Under the pieces are notes generated by a model, which saw nothing but the letters and a program-made list of their open reading frames with translations, ran no database searches and was not told the origin of the DNA. Source: a bacterium (lineage in GTDB: Bacteria; Babelota; Babeliae; Babelales; RVW-14). From it: a DNA stretch of 42,058 nt. Position 1 is the stretch's first letter, and each line of letters opens with the position of its first letter. The stretch covers positions 1 to 42,058 of the forward strand of contig JBDRBF010000046.1 in the NCBI GenBank assembly GCA_043822925.1, written 5' to 3'. Both the position numbers and the translations under genes were made by a program. Below are positions 27,765 to 37,913 of this stretch, one piece after another.

Positions 27765-28991
27765 TTAAATTAATAATCCCGCAATTACAGCATTAAGCAA
27801 GTTAACCAATGTGCCGCCGAGCAAAGCACGTAAGCCAAGCTTAGTTAATAAATGACGTTTTTCTGGACACAGCGCTCCAATACCACCAATTTGTATTCCA
27901 ATGCTTGAAAAATTAGCAAAACCTGCAAGAGCATACGTCATGATAACTTTTGTACGGGGTAACAGTTCAGCTTTAATAAACGTCGAATATGCAACAAACT
28001 CGTTTATAGCAAGCTTTTGCCCCAAAAGCGTTCCAGCTAGCTCTCTATCTTGCGCTGGCACACCAATAACATATGCAACACCATAAAACGCACGAGCAAA
28101 AATGTCGTTAAGAGAAAAGCCAACAGACGCGAGTAATATAGCATCGACTAATGCGATCAAGCTAATAAACGCAATAAGCATAGCAGCAACGTTAACAGCT
28201 AAGCGCAACCCATCTGACGTCCCCTGAGATATAGCATCCAAAATATTTTTAGTTTGTCGTGTCGTCTCAACCGGTTTACCACCAACAGCGGTCTCAGGAA
28301 CCATCGTTTCTGGAACAAGTATTTTTGCAATCAAAATCGCGCCTGGTATGGCGATAAATGTAGACGAGAGTAAATGTTTGATCGGCACCCCCATAATGCC
28401 GTACACCGCAAGCAGCGAGCCACTTAGATGACAAAAACCTCCAACCATAATTACAAACATCTCTGAATCAGTCATACGCGCTAAATAATTTTTAACAAGT
28501 AACGGCGCTTCTGTTTGCCCAAGCATGCTGCTTGCAGTAACTGAAAGCGTCTCAGCACCAGACGTGCCCAATAACGGTCTAATTACAAACGCAATGCCTT
28601 TAACAAATAACTGCACAATACCTATATGAAACAAAAAGGCCATAAGAGCACCAAAAAAAATAATCGTTGGGATTACTTTAATTGCAAATACAACGCCCCA
28701 TGGGCCTGACGCATCTGCAAGACTTCCAAACACAAATCGTGAACCATTATCCGCAAACTGGTACAAAGCTTCAAAGCCACGCGCGATACCAGCAAAAATT
28801 ATTTCACCAATATCTGTATTCAAAATAAAGTAAGCAAATAAAAATTGCAGTGCGAGCGCTGTAGCTACTAACCGAAAACGAACTTTTGATTTATGCTTAG
28901 AAAATAAGAAAGCAACACCAAGTATCGCAACAAGACCAACCAAACTCATATATCTTTGATCTGTCATTAAGTACTCAATAATATTGATCAC
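27765..28991 (-). CDS. nupC: Concentrative nucleoside transporter (CNT/NupC family)
   Basis: FVFGSL, PTIIFF, GTSGAET, GQTEAPL, MLIAFISLIAL, GQKLAINEFVAY, GFANFSSIGIQIGG. Confidence 0.93.
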   Translation of the reverse strand: MINIIEYLMTDQRYMSLVGLVAILGVAFLFSKHKSKVRFRLVATALALQFLFAYFILNTDIGEIIFAGIARGFEALYQFADNGSRFVFGSLADASGPWGVVFAIKVIPTIIFFGALMAFLFHIGIVQLFVKGIAFVIRPLLGTSGAETLSVTASSMLGQTEAPLLVKNYLARMTDSEMFVIMVGGFCHLSGSLLAVYGIMGVPIKHLLSSTFIAIPGAILIAKILVPETMVPETAVGGKPVETTRQTKNILDAISQGTSDGLRLAVNVAAMLIAFISLIALVDAILLASVGFSLNDIFARAFYGVAYVIGVPAQDRELAGTLLGQKLAINEFVAYSTFIKAELLPRTKVIMTYALAGFANFSSIGIQIGGIGALCPEKRHLLTKLGLRALLGGTLVNLLNAVIAGLLI

Positions 28992-29108
28992 AAAAAACCT
29001 TTCTCTTTTTATTAAATTATAAAAACACGTGATTTTTCTCTATTTTGGGAAACAAATTTTAAAGGCAAAAATGTTCCCTGTAAATATACAGAAAAAAATA
29101 AAGCGCAC

Positions 29109-29213
29109 CAGAACAAAAAATAATTGGTTTGAATTATGGAACGCGTAGCTACGCTACGCTCACTATTTACAAGAACAAGCCAAACATGCCAGCCGGCACG
29201 CACTCCTGTTCTT
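29109..29213 (-). ncRNA. Candidate structured RNA / 5' leader upstream of nupC
   Basis: GC-rich island with three successive hairpins and a U-tract. I do not recognise a known family. Confidence 0.4.
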
Positions 29214-29255
29214 TAGTAATCGAATTTTTAACCCCAAATTGGATATTGCAAGATT

Positions 29256-30326
29256 TTACTTACTATCTAAGAAAGAACCTTTTTCTCGACGTTGGATGAT
29301 ATCCCACTCGAAAAGTGGGTCAATTAAGTCATCAAGTTGCCCCTCAATAACCATATCAAGTTTTTTAAGCGTGACATCGGTTCGATGATCAGTAACTCGA
29401 TTTTGCGGAAAATTATATGTACGAATTTTTTCTGAACGTTCACCAGTACCAACCTGCTGTTTACGTGTGGCACTAATTGCAGCCTCTCTCTTTTCTCGCT
29501 CCGCTTCAAACAGGCGAGCTTTAAGAGCTTTCATGGCCCGCTCTCTGTTTTTAATCTGTGAACGCTCTTCTTGGCATGTTACAACCAAACCTGTTGGTAT
29601 ATGCGTAATACGAATAGCAGAATCAGTTTTATTAACGTGCTGTCCACCCGCGCCGCCAGCACGATACGTATCAATCCGTAAATCTTTTGGCTGAATATCT
29701 ATTTCTACGTCGTCAACTTCTGGTAAAACAGCTACGGTAACAGTTGATGTATGTATACGGCCTTGAGTTTCAGTTTTAGGTACACGCTGCACCCGATGAA
29801 CACCTGACTCAAACTTTAAGAATTTAAAGGCATTTTTACCCGTTATGTGAGCGACTAGTTTGCTAAATCCACCAGAATCAGTTTCAGCAGCTTCTATAAT
29901 TGAAACTGTCCAATTTTTTGATAATGCAAACACAGAATACATACGAAAAAGATCCCCAACAAACAGTGACGCTTCTTGTCCTCCAGCGCCTGAGCGAATT
30001 TCTAGGAACACTGAACGCTTGTCGCGCTCATCCGCTGGGTACAAAAACTGCTCAAGGTCTCGAGTAATTTCTTTTAATTGCTTTTCGCTTTGCGCGATTT
30101 CTTGGTCGTAAAGTTCTTTGAGTTCGCCAGATTCTTGCTCTGCTTCTTTTTTCTGTTGAGCGATTGATTCCTCAAGCGCAACAATACTTTTACGAATAGT
30201 TAAAAGGTCTTCGTATTGTGATGCTTTTTTTTGGAGCTCAACTCTTTGTTTTTGCTCCAAATAAGAATCAGTTAATTTTTGATTAAGCTGATCGAACTCA
30301 GTTTGAACTTTAGCCCAATCCAACAT
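29256..30326 (-). CDS. prfA: Peptide chain release factor 1
   Basis: [26 protein letters not shown] (PxT), [32 protein letters not shown]. Start ATG 30326 just after the rpmE stop. Confidence 0.96.
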   Translation of the reverse strand: MLDWAKVQTEFDQLNQKLTDSYLEQKQRVELQKKASQYEDLLTIRKSIVALEESIAQQKKEAEQESGELKELYDQEIAQSEKQLKEITRDLEQFLYPADERDKRSVFLEIRSGAGGQEASLFVGDLFRMYSVFALSKNWTVSIIEAAETDSGGFSKLVAHITGKNAFKFLKFESGVHRVQRVPKTETQGRIHTSTVTVAVLPEVDDVEIDIQPKDLRIDTYRAGGAGGQHVNKTDSAIRITHIPTGLVVTCQEERSQIKNRERAMKALKARLFEAEREKREAAISATRKQQVGTGERSEKIRTYNFPQNRVTDHRTDVTLKKLDMVIEGQLDDLIDPLFEWDIIQRREKGSFLDSK

Positions 30327-30327
30327 G

Positions 30328-30537
30328 CTATTTCTTGCTGCCTTTGGTATATCTTTGTTGGAACTTTTCAATTCTTCCTGCTGTATCGATAAACTTTTGT
30401 TCACCAGTAAAGTATGGATGACACTGAGAACAAATATCTGACTCTAATTTTGCAGATGTAGAAATCGTCTCAAAACGAGCACCACAAACACATTGAGCAG
30501 CAATTTCATGAATTTCTGGGTGAAGATTCTTTTTCAT
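30328..30537 (-). CDS. rpmE: 50S ribosomal protein L31 (Zn-binding type)
   Basis: [33 protein letters not shown]. Confidence 0.97.
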   Translation of the reverse strand: MKKNLHPEIHEIAAQCVCGARFETISTSAKLESDICSQCHPYFTGEQKFIDTAGRIEKFQQRYTKGSKK

Positions 30538-30561
30538 AGTAATTATCCCTAATAACTTTGC

Positions 30562-31581
30562 TTAGACCGTTATACCTTTTTGTTTTTGAACCAACTTTAA
30601 TCTCTCAATAATTTCGACTTGAGTCAGCTCAACGCCGCGCACAAGCCCAAGATGACAAGAAGCAAAATCGGCCCATAAAACCATATTAAACAATTGAACC
30701 TCAAAAGTATCGCCTAAAACAGGGACTTTGTAAAGATCCGCCCCTTTTTCTCGCAAAATCTCAACCATGGCCTCTATAGCTTTTTGAGTGTTTTTTGATA
30801 CAAAATCAGTATAAAACAAAAGAACTCCGGTTTTTTCTTGAATATCAGTAAAACCAACAAGCAAATTATGAGCAAGTTCTGGAAACGTTGAATAAATAGC
30901 CTGGATCTTACTATTCTCGTTAAATTGAGTCTGTGCTCGATATGCAAAAGCACCACTTTCGCCGCTCACACCCCATATATGAAAAAACGGCAAATTCTTT
31001 ACAATGTGTAAAAAGTCGCCAAAAAAACCAGGGTTTGCAAAAATCGAAATATTTTTTTCAGCATGAACTATAAAATCAGCAACTAACTTTTTACCGCGTA
31101 AAACACCCATTAAATCAAACAAAACAAGCATTAAACCTAAAAAATTACCCAACGCAGATCTAGGTTGCTCAGATACTGGCAACTCAATAAACGGCAAATT
31201 ATTTTGACGAGCCAGCTCTTGTGCCCGTCCTGCATGCGCAATAACTATTACAGGAACAGATCTATCTAATACCTGCTTAAGACCTGCAAGCGTTTCCCAC
31301 GTGTTTCCTGAATATGTAATCGCAAACGCGAGAGTTTGTCCATCGTTTTGGACATGCCCCGGAACTTCAGGGGAATCTATAATATCACAACGTACCTGTG
31401 TTTGCTTATCCAAAAACGTCTTAATCATTCTGCCTACTATTCCAGAACCACCCATACCAAGAAATACTACGTTTTTAATATTTTTAGGAAGCAAGTCACC
31501 CTGAACCTCATAAAAACTCTCAGCTAGCTCTACTCCAGTTTTTAACTTTTTAGGCCACGTGCAAATATCATCTAATATCAT
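30562..31581 (-). CDS. Bifunctional phosphoglucose/phosphomannose isomerase (SIS)
   Basis: GMGGSGI, YSGNTWET, QPRSA, QFNENSK, PELAHN. Confidence 0.88.
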   Translation of the reverse strand: MILDDICTWPKKLKTGVELAESFYEVQGDLLPKNIKNVVFLGMGGSGIVGRMIKTFLDKQTQVRCDIIDSPEVPGHVQNDGQTLAFAITYSGNTWETLAGLKQVLDRSVPVIVIAHAGRAQELARQNNLPFIELPVSEQPRSALGNFLGLMLVLFDLMGVLRGKKLVADFIVHAEKNISIFANPGFFGDFLHIVKNLPFFHIWGVSGESGAFAYRAQTQFNENSKIQAIYSTFPELAHNLLVGFTDIQEKTGVLLFYTDFVSKNTQKAIEAMVEILREKGADLYKVPVLGDTFEVQLFNMVLWADFASCHLGLVRGVELTQVEIIERLKLVQKQKGITV

Positions 31582-33857
31582 GCTCTAAGCTTTCTTGTTT
31601 TATTTATTTTGCTTTTTTTCTCGTTATTTTGCTGGGCTATTTGTTGTCCGACAGGATCTAACTGACTACGAAAATCAAGTGCATCATGTTTAACATGTTT
31701 ATGAGGCGTCGTCTTAATAAGAATATCAAGTTCACTTGCCGCCGCAGTTTTATCTCCAGCTTCTTGCAAACAACGCGCAAGATGCAATGGAGCGTATGCA
31801 TAAAGATCCTGCCGTGCTTTACATTTTTCATAAAGCGGGATTGCTTCCTGATACTTTCTCGTATTCAACAAAGATTGCGCATAATTATACACATAAACCA
31901 AATTATTTGGATCCCTGCCATATGCTTGCGCAAAATATTGAGAAGCTTGAACATATTGATTTTTTTGATAATAACAAGAACCCAATAAAAAAGCCGTCTC
32001 CATGAAATTTTTATCTAATCGATTAAAAATTGCGATCGCCTGGTCAACACGTCCTGCATCATGACACAACGATGCATACGTATAATTAAGCTCAACATCT
32101 GCTGGATCATGCGTCAATCCACGTAAAAGCCATTCTTGTGCTTTTTCAAATCTATTTTGCTTCTGATACAATTGCCCCAAGAAAACATAGGCCCTTGAAT
32201 AGACTGGTCGCAACTTAATTGCTTCTATGAAACAATACTCAGCCGAGTGTTGATTGTTCGTCCCCAAATGCAACATAGCTAAATTAAAGTACATTTGAGG
32301 ATGCCCTTCTCCCGTTGCAAGGGCTTTTTCATAATGACCAAATGCTTTGTCGTTTTCACCTCTACCCTGATAAATAGCCGCCAAATTTACATGAGGTTCA
32401 CCATAGTTACCATCACAATCTATCGCCTTATAAAAACTATCCATTGCCACTTTGACATCGCCACCTTCCCACATAGCAACAGCATAATTATTCCAAGCCC
32501 TAGCTTTTGTTGGAGCACTCTTTATACAGTCCATCCAAAAAATTTTCTCACTACTCCAAACAATATTTCTTACTTTAGTCGCATAACCTAAACCAACAAA
32601 CAAACAAGCTACCATTAAAGCCTGATATTGCGGATGCTCAAGATACGAAAAGCGCTCATAAACAAACTTAATTGCATATAAAAGTCCCAAGCCAATTAAA
32701 AACATCATTCCAAAAGAACCAACATATGTTTTATAATCACAGACCAGTTCTGTACACGGGAAAAAACTTGCTCTTGGAAATATAGCAATAATAAACCAAG
32801 CAATACTAAACGTTATCAAACTATTTCGCTTACGCACAAAAAGAAACAGACAAATACCCATTATTATTAGTAATAACAAAAACGGAAAAATAACATCGAT
32901 ATCCAAAGATTTCTTTGAAAGCTTAACATCATAGTCAAAGCTGATATTAAAAGGCCAAAAAAACATAGATCCGTAATGCGTAATTATCTTAAATTGAGAA
33001 ATAAAAAACTTAGATGATGTTATTTTATCTTCATGTTTTTCTGTAAGAAGATTACCGCGATTGTTGTGCACAGGCGTCGAAAGCAAATTAACAACAGTAG
33101 ATGGCCGAATAGTCCCCATTTTATATACCATCAAAAAAAGCAGTACCATATTCAACAGTAAAAGAGGCACTCTTTTCTTAAAATTCGCCCATTCGCCTTC
33201 AGAAATTAAAAACCAATCAAATAGCGCAAGCAAAAACGGTAAAACAATAATTATCTCTTTTGTTCCCGCAGCAAAAACAGTAAAAAGATACGATAAACTA
33301 TAAAGCCCTATTTTTAGTCTTTTATTTGTTGTTATCGCTGCAAAGAAAAATGGAACAATAACTGCAAACGTAAACAAAACAACCAAGCCCTCAAGATTCA
33401 TTTGCGTAATATAAGTAACGGTCTGAGTCTGAACCGGATGCAATAAAAACAACCCCGTCACTAACGATGCAAAAAGATATGCTTTATCTTTAAGAAAATT
33501 ATTCTTTTTTAAGTTTTTACACACCGCAACAAGAAGCACAAACATCATAATAGATATCAATAAATGCATACCCAAGTTAATAATACGATATGGCATTGGA
33601 GCTGTACCCCAAAAGCGATAAATAATTTGATGCATAACGCGTGAAATCCAACGAGAATTTGCAAACAAAAGACTTAATGGATCAAACGTCTTTATATGTT
33701 GATATTCGACTATTGTAGGAAGATCATCAAACATAAACCCATACCACAGAGATGGCAAATAAAACAAAAACGTAATTCCTGCGAGCCCCAACGGGAGCAG
33801 CACCATCAGGTACTTACTAACATTAAAATTTAATCGAGCAAGTTTCACTCTCATCAT
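31578..33857 (-). CDS. TMTC-like GT-C membrane glycosyltransferase with C-terminal TPR repeats
   Basis: F.FDD acidic motif after TM1, YRIINL..H, LFLLHPVQTQ.V.YI, TKE, RN.VW.S...W, then multiple TPRs. Confidence 0.85.
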   Translation of the reverse strand: MMRVKLARLNFNVSKYLMVLLPLGLAGITFLFYLPSLWYGFMFDDLPTIVEYQHIKTFDPLSLLFANSRWISRVMHQIIYRFWGTAPMPYRIINLGMHLLISIMMFVLLVAVCKNLKKNNFLKDKAYLFASLVTGLFLLHPVQTQTVTYITQMNLEGLVVLFTFAVIVPFFFAAITTNKRLKIGLYSLSYLFTVFAAGTKEIIIVLPFLLALFDWFLISEGEWANFKKRVPLLLLNMVLLFLMVYKMGTIRPSTVVNLLSTPVHNNRGNLLTEKHEDKITSSKFFISQFKIITHYGSMFFWPFNISFDYDVKLSKKSLDIDVIFPFLLLLIIMGICLFLFVRKRNSLITFSIAWFIIAIFPRASFFPCTELVCDYKTYVGSFGMMFLIGLGLLYAIKFVYERFSYLEHPQYQALMVACLFVGLGYATKVRNIVWSSEKIFWMDCIKSAPTKARAWNNYAVAMWEGGDVKVAMDSFYKAIDCDGNYGEPHVNLAAIYQGRGENDKAFGHYEKALATGEGHPQMYFNLAMLHLGTNNQHSAEYCFIEAIKLRPVYSRAYVFLGQLYQKQNRFEKAQEWLLRGLTHDPADVELNYTYASLCHDAGRVDQAIAIFNRLDKNFMETAFLLGSCYYQKNQYVQASQYFAQAYGRDPNNLVYVYNYAQSLLNTRKYQEAIPLYEKCKARQDLYAYAPLHLARCLQEAGDKTAAASELDILIKTTPHKHVKHDALDFRSQLDPVGQQIAQQNNEKKSKINKTRKLRA

Positions 33858-33880
33858 AACTCTTTCCCCTTTTTAATTAA

Positions 33881-36268
33881 TTACGCTTGCGTTCCCTTAC
33901 GAAATGCAAGTGCAGAATTTATATCACTCACTTTAACACTCCCATTCCCCTGAACAAATTTTTCTTGCAACATGAGGCGAGACACTTCATTTCTCACCAT
34001 CTTTTTAAAATCTTCTGGAGCATTATACGCAAGAATATTATTCAAGTAGTCTTTCGCTTGCCCAACCTGCTTTAATTGCTCTAAGCAATTTGCAACACGC
34101 ATAAACGCCTGTGGCATTGGGCGCTCAAGCTGTGTCGATTTTTTAAATAAATCCAAAGCACGCTCAAACTGCTTCTGAGAATAATATGTCTCGGCTAAAT
34201 TAAACGCATACCGAGTATCAGTAGGAAAGCTTTGAGCAAGTTTTTCATAAATAGGCGCAGCTTTATCAAATTGTGTTAACATAAAATAAGAATTTGCCAA
34301 ATTAAACCAAGCGGAAGGGGTAGACATACCACGCTCAATCGTTAACTGAAACGCTTGCGCAGATTCTTCATATTTTTTAAGTCTTAAACAAATAAGACCA
34401 AACTTAAGAAATACTTCTGGTACATCAAGATCCCCATGAGATGCACTTTTTAAATTTTCATACACTTTTTCATCTTGACCAAGTTCTTCATACATACGCG
34501 CTTTATTATAAAACGCTTTACCGTAATATGGACGCAGTTTAATCGCTCTATCTAACATCTGTTCAGCTGCATCATACTCTTTCTTTTGAACCAATAAAGA
34601 CCCAAGATTATTATAAGCTTCAGCGTAATCAGGAAATATGCGAATCGCTTCTTTTAAGCAACCTATCGCACTCTCAATATCCCCTTTCATAGAATGCGCA
34701 ACAGCTAAATTGCTTAGTGGGTCAGAATACTGGGCATCAAGCGTTATCGCTTTTTTATATGCAATAATCGCATCGTCTATTCTACCAGCTTCAGCAAGAG
34801 CCACCCCATAATTATTATGAGTACGCGCTTTACCCGGTGCTTTTTTTACATTATCTTCCCAAAATAAAACCGCTGTACTCCAGACATCGTTACGCAATTT
34901 TGTAGCAAAACCTAGTGGTATTATAATAAATGCAAGAGAAGATATAAGTGCATAACGACGAACAAAAAACACATAAGAATTATCTTGAATAAACTCAAGC
35001 ACTTTTGTAAACAACAAAACAAAACCTACAGAAAATATAAATAATAAACCAACTGAAGCTAAATACGTTTTGTAATCACAAACAAGTTCTGGTGACGGAA
35101 TAAGTACGCGTGGCGAAATACATGCAAAAAACCAAAATAAACCAAACGATATAAATACATGTCTTTTTTTTATAAGTTCTCGTACCGCAACAATTCCAAG
35201 TGATACAAGCATTATGAACGAGAAAAACGATTCAAAAGTAAAGAACCCAGATGATAACTTCCAGTCATATTCAACACTAATACCAAATGGCCAAATAAAC
35301 ATAAAAATGTAATGCAAAATAACTTTAAACTGAGAAACAAAATAAATGCCTGGCGTTATTGATGATCGAGCATACTGTGTTAAAATATTTCCCCTATTAT
35401 TACCTATAGATACATTAAAACTTAAAAGGTTCGAGAAAAATCCCCATCCAAGATAATGCACAAGTAACACAAAAAAACAGGTAATAAAAATCGAATAAAA
35501 ACCCAGATGCTTCTTAAAAGCATCCCACTGACATTGTGATATAAAAAACCAGTCAAGAAGAAGCATCAAAACAGGAAGAACTGCAATAATCTCTTTAGTT
35601 CCACAAGATAACGCTCCAAATACACAAAACAAAACAGCAAATAATGCTTTTACAAACCTATTTTGCGTGACAAAAACGCTCACGAAGAAACACAACGTTG
35701 TTAAAATAAACAAAGAAGCAAGCCCTTCCATGCGCGCTTGAATAACATATGAAACAGCTTGAGTTTGCACCGGATGTAACAAAAACAACGCCATCGTCAT
35801 AGATGCTATAAAAAGAGCTTTTTCATGAAAAAACGTTCTTTTTGTTAACAAACGACACAAATTAAAAATTAAAAAGAACAATGCTATCCCTGATAAAATG
35901 TGTATCGTTACGTTACACAAACGATATGAAAACGGATCAAACCGGCCTATTTTAAAATTCAAACGGTTAAGCCAATCACTAAACCAACGGGAATGCCACC
36001 ACCATCTGGCAAGAGGCTCATCAAAACGAATCGCAAAATTCTTTGAAATATTGGCAATATCATCGAACTGAAATGGAGACCTAAGCGATGGATAATACAC
36101 AAGAAAAGTTATAAAAGACAATATCGCCGGTGATATTATTGCCTGAAAAAACGACAATTTATTTTCTGGCTGGCTCAGTTGCCCCTGGGTAACTCCTGCA
36201 GCATCAATAATTACTTTAACTCCCCCATTTTTAATATTCTTCTTTCCCTCTTTCATCGTACTCTTCAT
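33881..36268 (-). CDS. TMTC-like GT-C membrane glycosyltransferase with TPR repeats (paralog)
   Basis: FQFDD, LFLLHPVQTQAVSYV, TKE, RNDVWS...W, TPRs. ATG 36268 has AAGGAGG 8 nt upstream. Confidence 0.85.
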   Translation of the reverse strand: MKSTMKEGKKNIKNGGVKVIIDAAGVTQGQLSQPENKLSFFQAIISPAILSFITFLVYYPSLRSPFQFDDIANISKNFAIRFDEPLARWWWHSRWFSDWLNRLNFKIGRFDPFSYRLCNVTIHILSGIALFFLIFNLCRLLTKRTFFHEKALFIASMTMALFLLHPVQTQAVSYVIQARMEGLASLFILTTLCFFVSVFVTQNRFVKALFAVLFCVFGALSCGTKEIIAVLPVLMLLLDWFFISQCQWDAFKKHLGFYSIFITCFFVLLVHYLGWGFFSNLLSFNVSIGNNRGNILTQYARSSITPGIYFVSQFKVILHYIFMFIWPFGISVEYDWKLSSGFFTFESFFSFIMLVSLGIVAVRELIKKRHVFISFGLFWFFACISPRVLIPSPELVCDYKTYLASVGLLFIFSVGFVLLFTKVLEFIQDNSYVFFVRRYALISSLAFIIIPLGFATKLRNDVWSTAVLFWEDNVKKAPGKARTHNNYGVALAEAGRIDDAIIAYKKAITLDAQYSDPLSNLAVAHSMKGDIESAIGCLKEAIRIFPDYAEAYNNLGSLLVQKKEYDAAEQMLDRAIKLRPYYGKAFYNKARMYEELGQDEKVYENLKSASHGDLDVPEVFLKFGLICLRLKKYEESAQAFQLTIERGMSTPSAWFNLANSYFMLTQFDKAAPIYEKLAQSFPTDTRYAFNLAETYYSQKQFERALDLFKKSTQLERPMPQAFMRVANCLEQLKQVGQAKDYLNNILAYNAPEDFKKMVRNEVSRLMLQEKFVQGNGSVKVSDINSALAFRKGTQA

Positions 36269-36429
36269 TACCATTGCCTCCTTTATGAACACCCGTAATT
36301 TTGCTCCAAATTTTACCATAAATTATAAAACAATTTTTAAGATATCATATTTTTTATTTATAAAATCTTTTATATCAAAGTTTGTCAATGCCAACCACTC
36401 AAATATATTTTTGCTAACTTCTCGTCAAT

Positions 36430-36458
36430 TTGACCATTTGGGCAATTTTACCTATTCT
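36430..36458 (+). promoter_or_regulatory. Putative sigma70 promoter for the S2P-S2P-tyrS genes
   Basis: TTGACC, 17 nt spacer, TATTCT. Confidence 0.5.
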
Positions 36459-36516
36459 ATTGTTTAGAGCTATAAAATCACACTAAATAACCCTATAAAC
36501 CAGGATTTCAGCACCC

Positions 36517-37239
36517 ATGATAATGTCAAATTTCGCATTAGCGCTTCTTAACAAAATTGCCCTCTTATTCCCCGCCTTTCTATGTGTCTTCACATTTAGA
36601 GGTTTTTTTCAGGCATTTATTGCATTAATTATGGGGGATAAAACAGCCCGCCAAGACGGATACATGTCGCTTAACCCGCTTATACATGTCGACATCTTTG
36701 GCGTCTCCATAACAATGGCTATCTTCTTTGTTCTTGGTTTAGCCTTCGAAGGTATAATTCCCTACGGCATGCTTCTCTTATTATTACTCGCACTAGGCAT
36801 ACGCTGGACATATCCCATACCCATAGAAGAAACAAACTTTAAACGCTATCGCCTTGGTGGCATTTTAACTGCGTTTTCAGGCTCAATCGGCTCACTTTTT
36901 CTCGCTTTTATATTCCTGTGTATCATGAGACTTTTATCTTTATTTACACTCCCTGAATACGCATTTCTTTCTATCACAAAACTATTAAGCGCAACCGTCG
37001 ATCTGGCTATATGGTTCTGCGTTCTTGACCTCATCCCACTGCCCCCATTTGACGGAGGCAGAGCTTTGCGCTATATCATCCCATATTCCAAACAATACAT
37101 TGTTGACTGGCTAGAAGAATATTCTTTCTATATTATGATCGCACTCTTTTTCTTGCCCGGAGTTTCAAACATATTTTGGGCGATTCTATATGCACTACAA
37201 TTTATAATAGAAAAAGCATTAATCTCGATTGTCTTTTAG
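36517..37239 (+). CDS. Site-2 protease (M50)-like protein lacking HExxH, probably catalytically inactive
   Basis: GDKTARQDG.MSLNPLIHVDIFG and DLIPLPPFDGG are retained, but the HExxH position reads RGFFQ. Confidence 0.85.
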   Translation: MIMSNFALALLNKIALLFPAFLCVFTFRGFFQAFIALIMGDKTARQDGYMSLNPLIHVDIFGVSITMAIFFVLGLAFEGIIPYGMLLLLLLALGIRWTYPIPIEETNFKRYRLGGILTAFSGSIGSLFLAFIFLCIMRLLSLFTLPEYAFLSITKLLSATVDLAIWFCVLDLIPLPPFDGGRALRYIIPYSKQYIVDWLEEYSFYIMIALFFLPGVSNIFWAILYALQFIIEKALISIVF

Positions 37240-37267
37240 ATCACAATTTTTATAAAGAGATATACAC

Positions 37268-37900
37268 ATGACAAATTCAATGAGTCAGTTTTTTGCACAA
37301 CTCGCCCTCCTTCTACCCGCGTTCTTAATAGCCCTATCTTTTCACGAATGTGCTCATGCTCTTGCAGCAACGTTACTTGGTGACGACACGCCAAGAAACC
37401 AAGGGCGCCTAACGCTCAACCCACTCGCTCACATAGATTTCTTAGGGCTCTTATTTTTAATTATATTTAGATTCGGATGGGCCAAACCAGTAATCTTTGA
37501 TAATCGCAACTTCAAACACCCACGATTATACGAAATACTCACAGCACTTGCCGGCCCATTATCAAACTTCTTGCTTGCACTCGTCAGCTTTTACGCCATC
37601 GCCTATTTACCTACAAACTACTTGTCGCCCGTGCTTGCGCTCTCCATAAAACAAATACTAGAAGCTGTTGCCTACGTAAACGTCATGCTTGGGGTCTTTA
37701 ACGCACTACCTATCCCCCCACTTGATGGTGGGCATATTATTATCGCTCTACTCGTTAAACCATTTCCCGGTGCCGTGCTTTGGTTATACCGATATTCACT
37801 ATTTATACTCCTGGGACTCTTTCTTTTCCCTACAACCCAGATTATACTGCAAACCATGATAAATCAGGCTATAAACATAATAAAAATGCTCGTATTTTAA
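37268..37900 (+). CDS. Site-2 protease (M50) intramembrane zinc metalloprotease
   Basis: HECAH, GRLTLNPLAHID, FGWAKPV, AGPLSN, NALPIPPLDGG. Confidence 0.93.
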   Translation: MTNSMSQFFAQLALLLPAFLIALSFHECAHALAATLLGDDTPRNQGRLTLNPLAHIDFLGLLFLIIFRFGWAKPVIFDNRNFKHPRLYEILTALAGPLSNFLLALVSFYAIAYLPTNYLSPVLALSIKQILEAVAYVNVMLGVFNALPIPPLDGGHIIIALLVKPFPGAVLWLYRYSLFILLGLFLFPTTQIILQTMINQAINIIKMLVF

Positions 37901-37913
37901 TAAGAGAAATACC

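Noticed and set aside
29012-29203. 63-aa ORF between prfA and nupC
   Set aside because: No recognisable protein features and no properly spaced SD. The region is better explained by RNA structure.
30327-30404. N-terminal extension of PrfA
   Set aside because: It overlaps rpmE. ATG 30326 directly after the rpmE stop gives a normal-length RF1.
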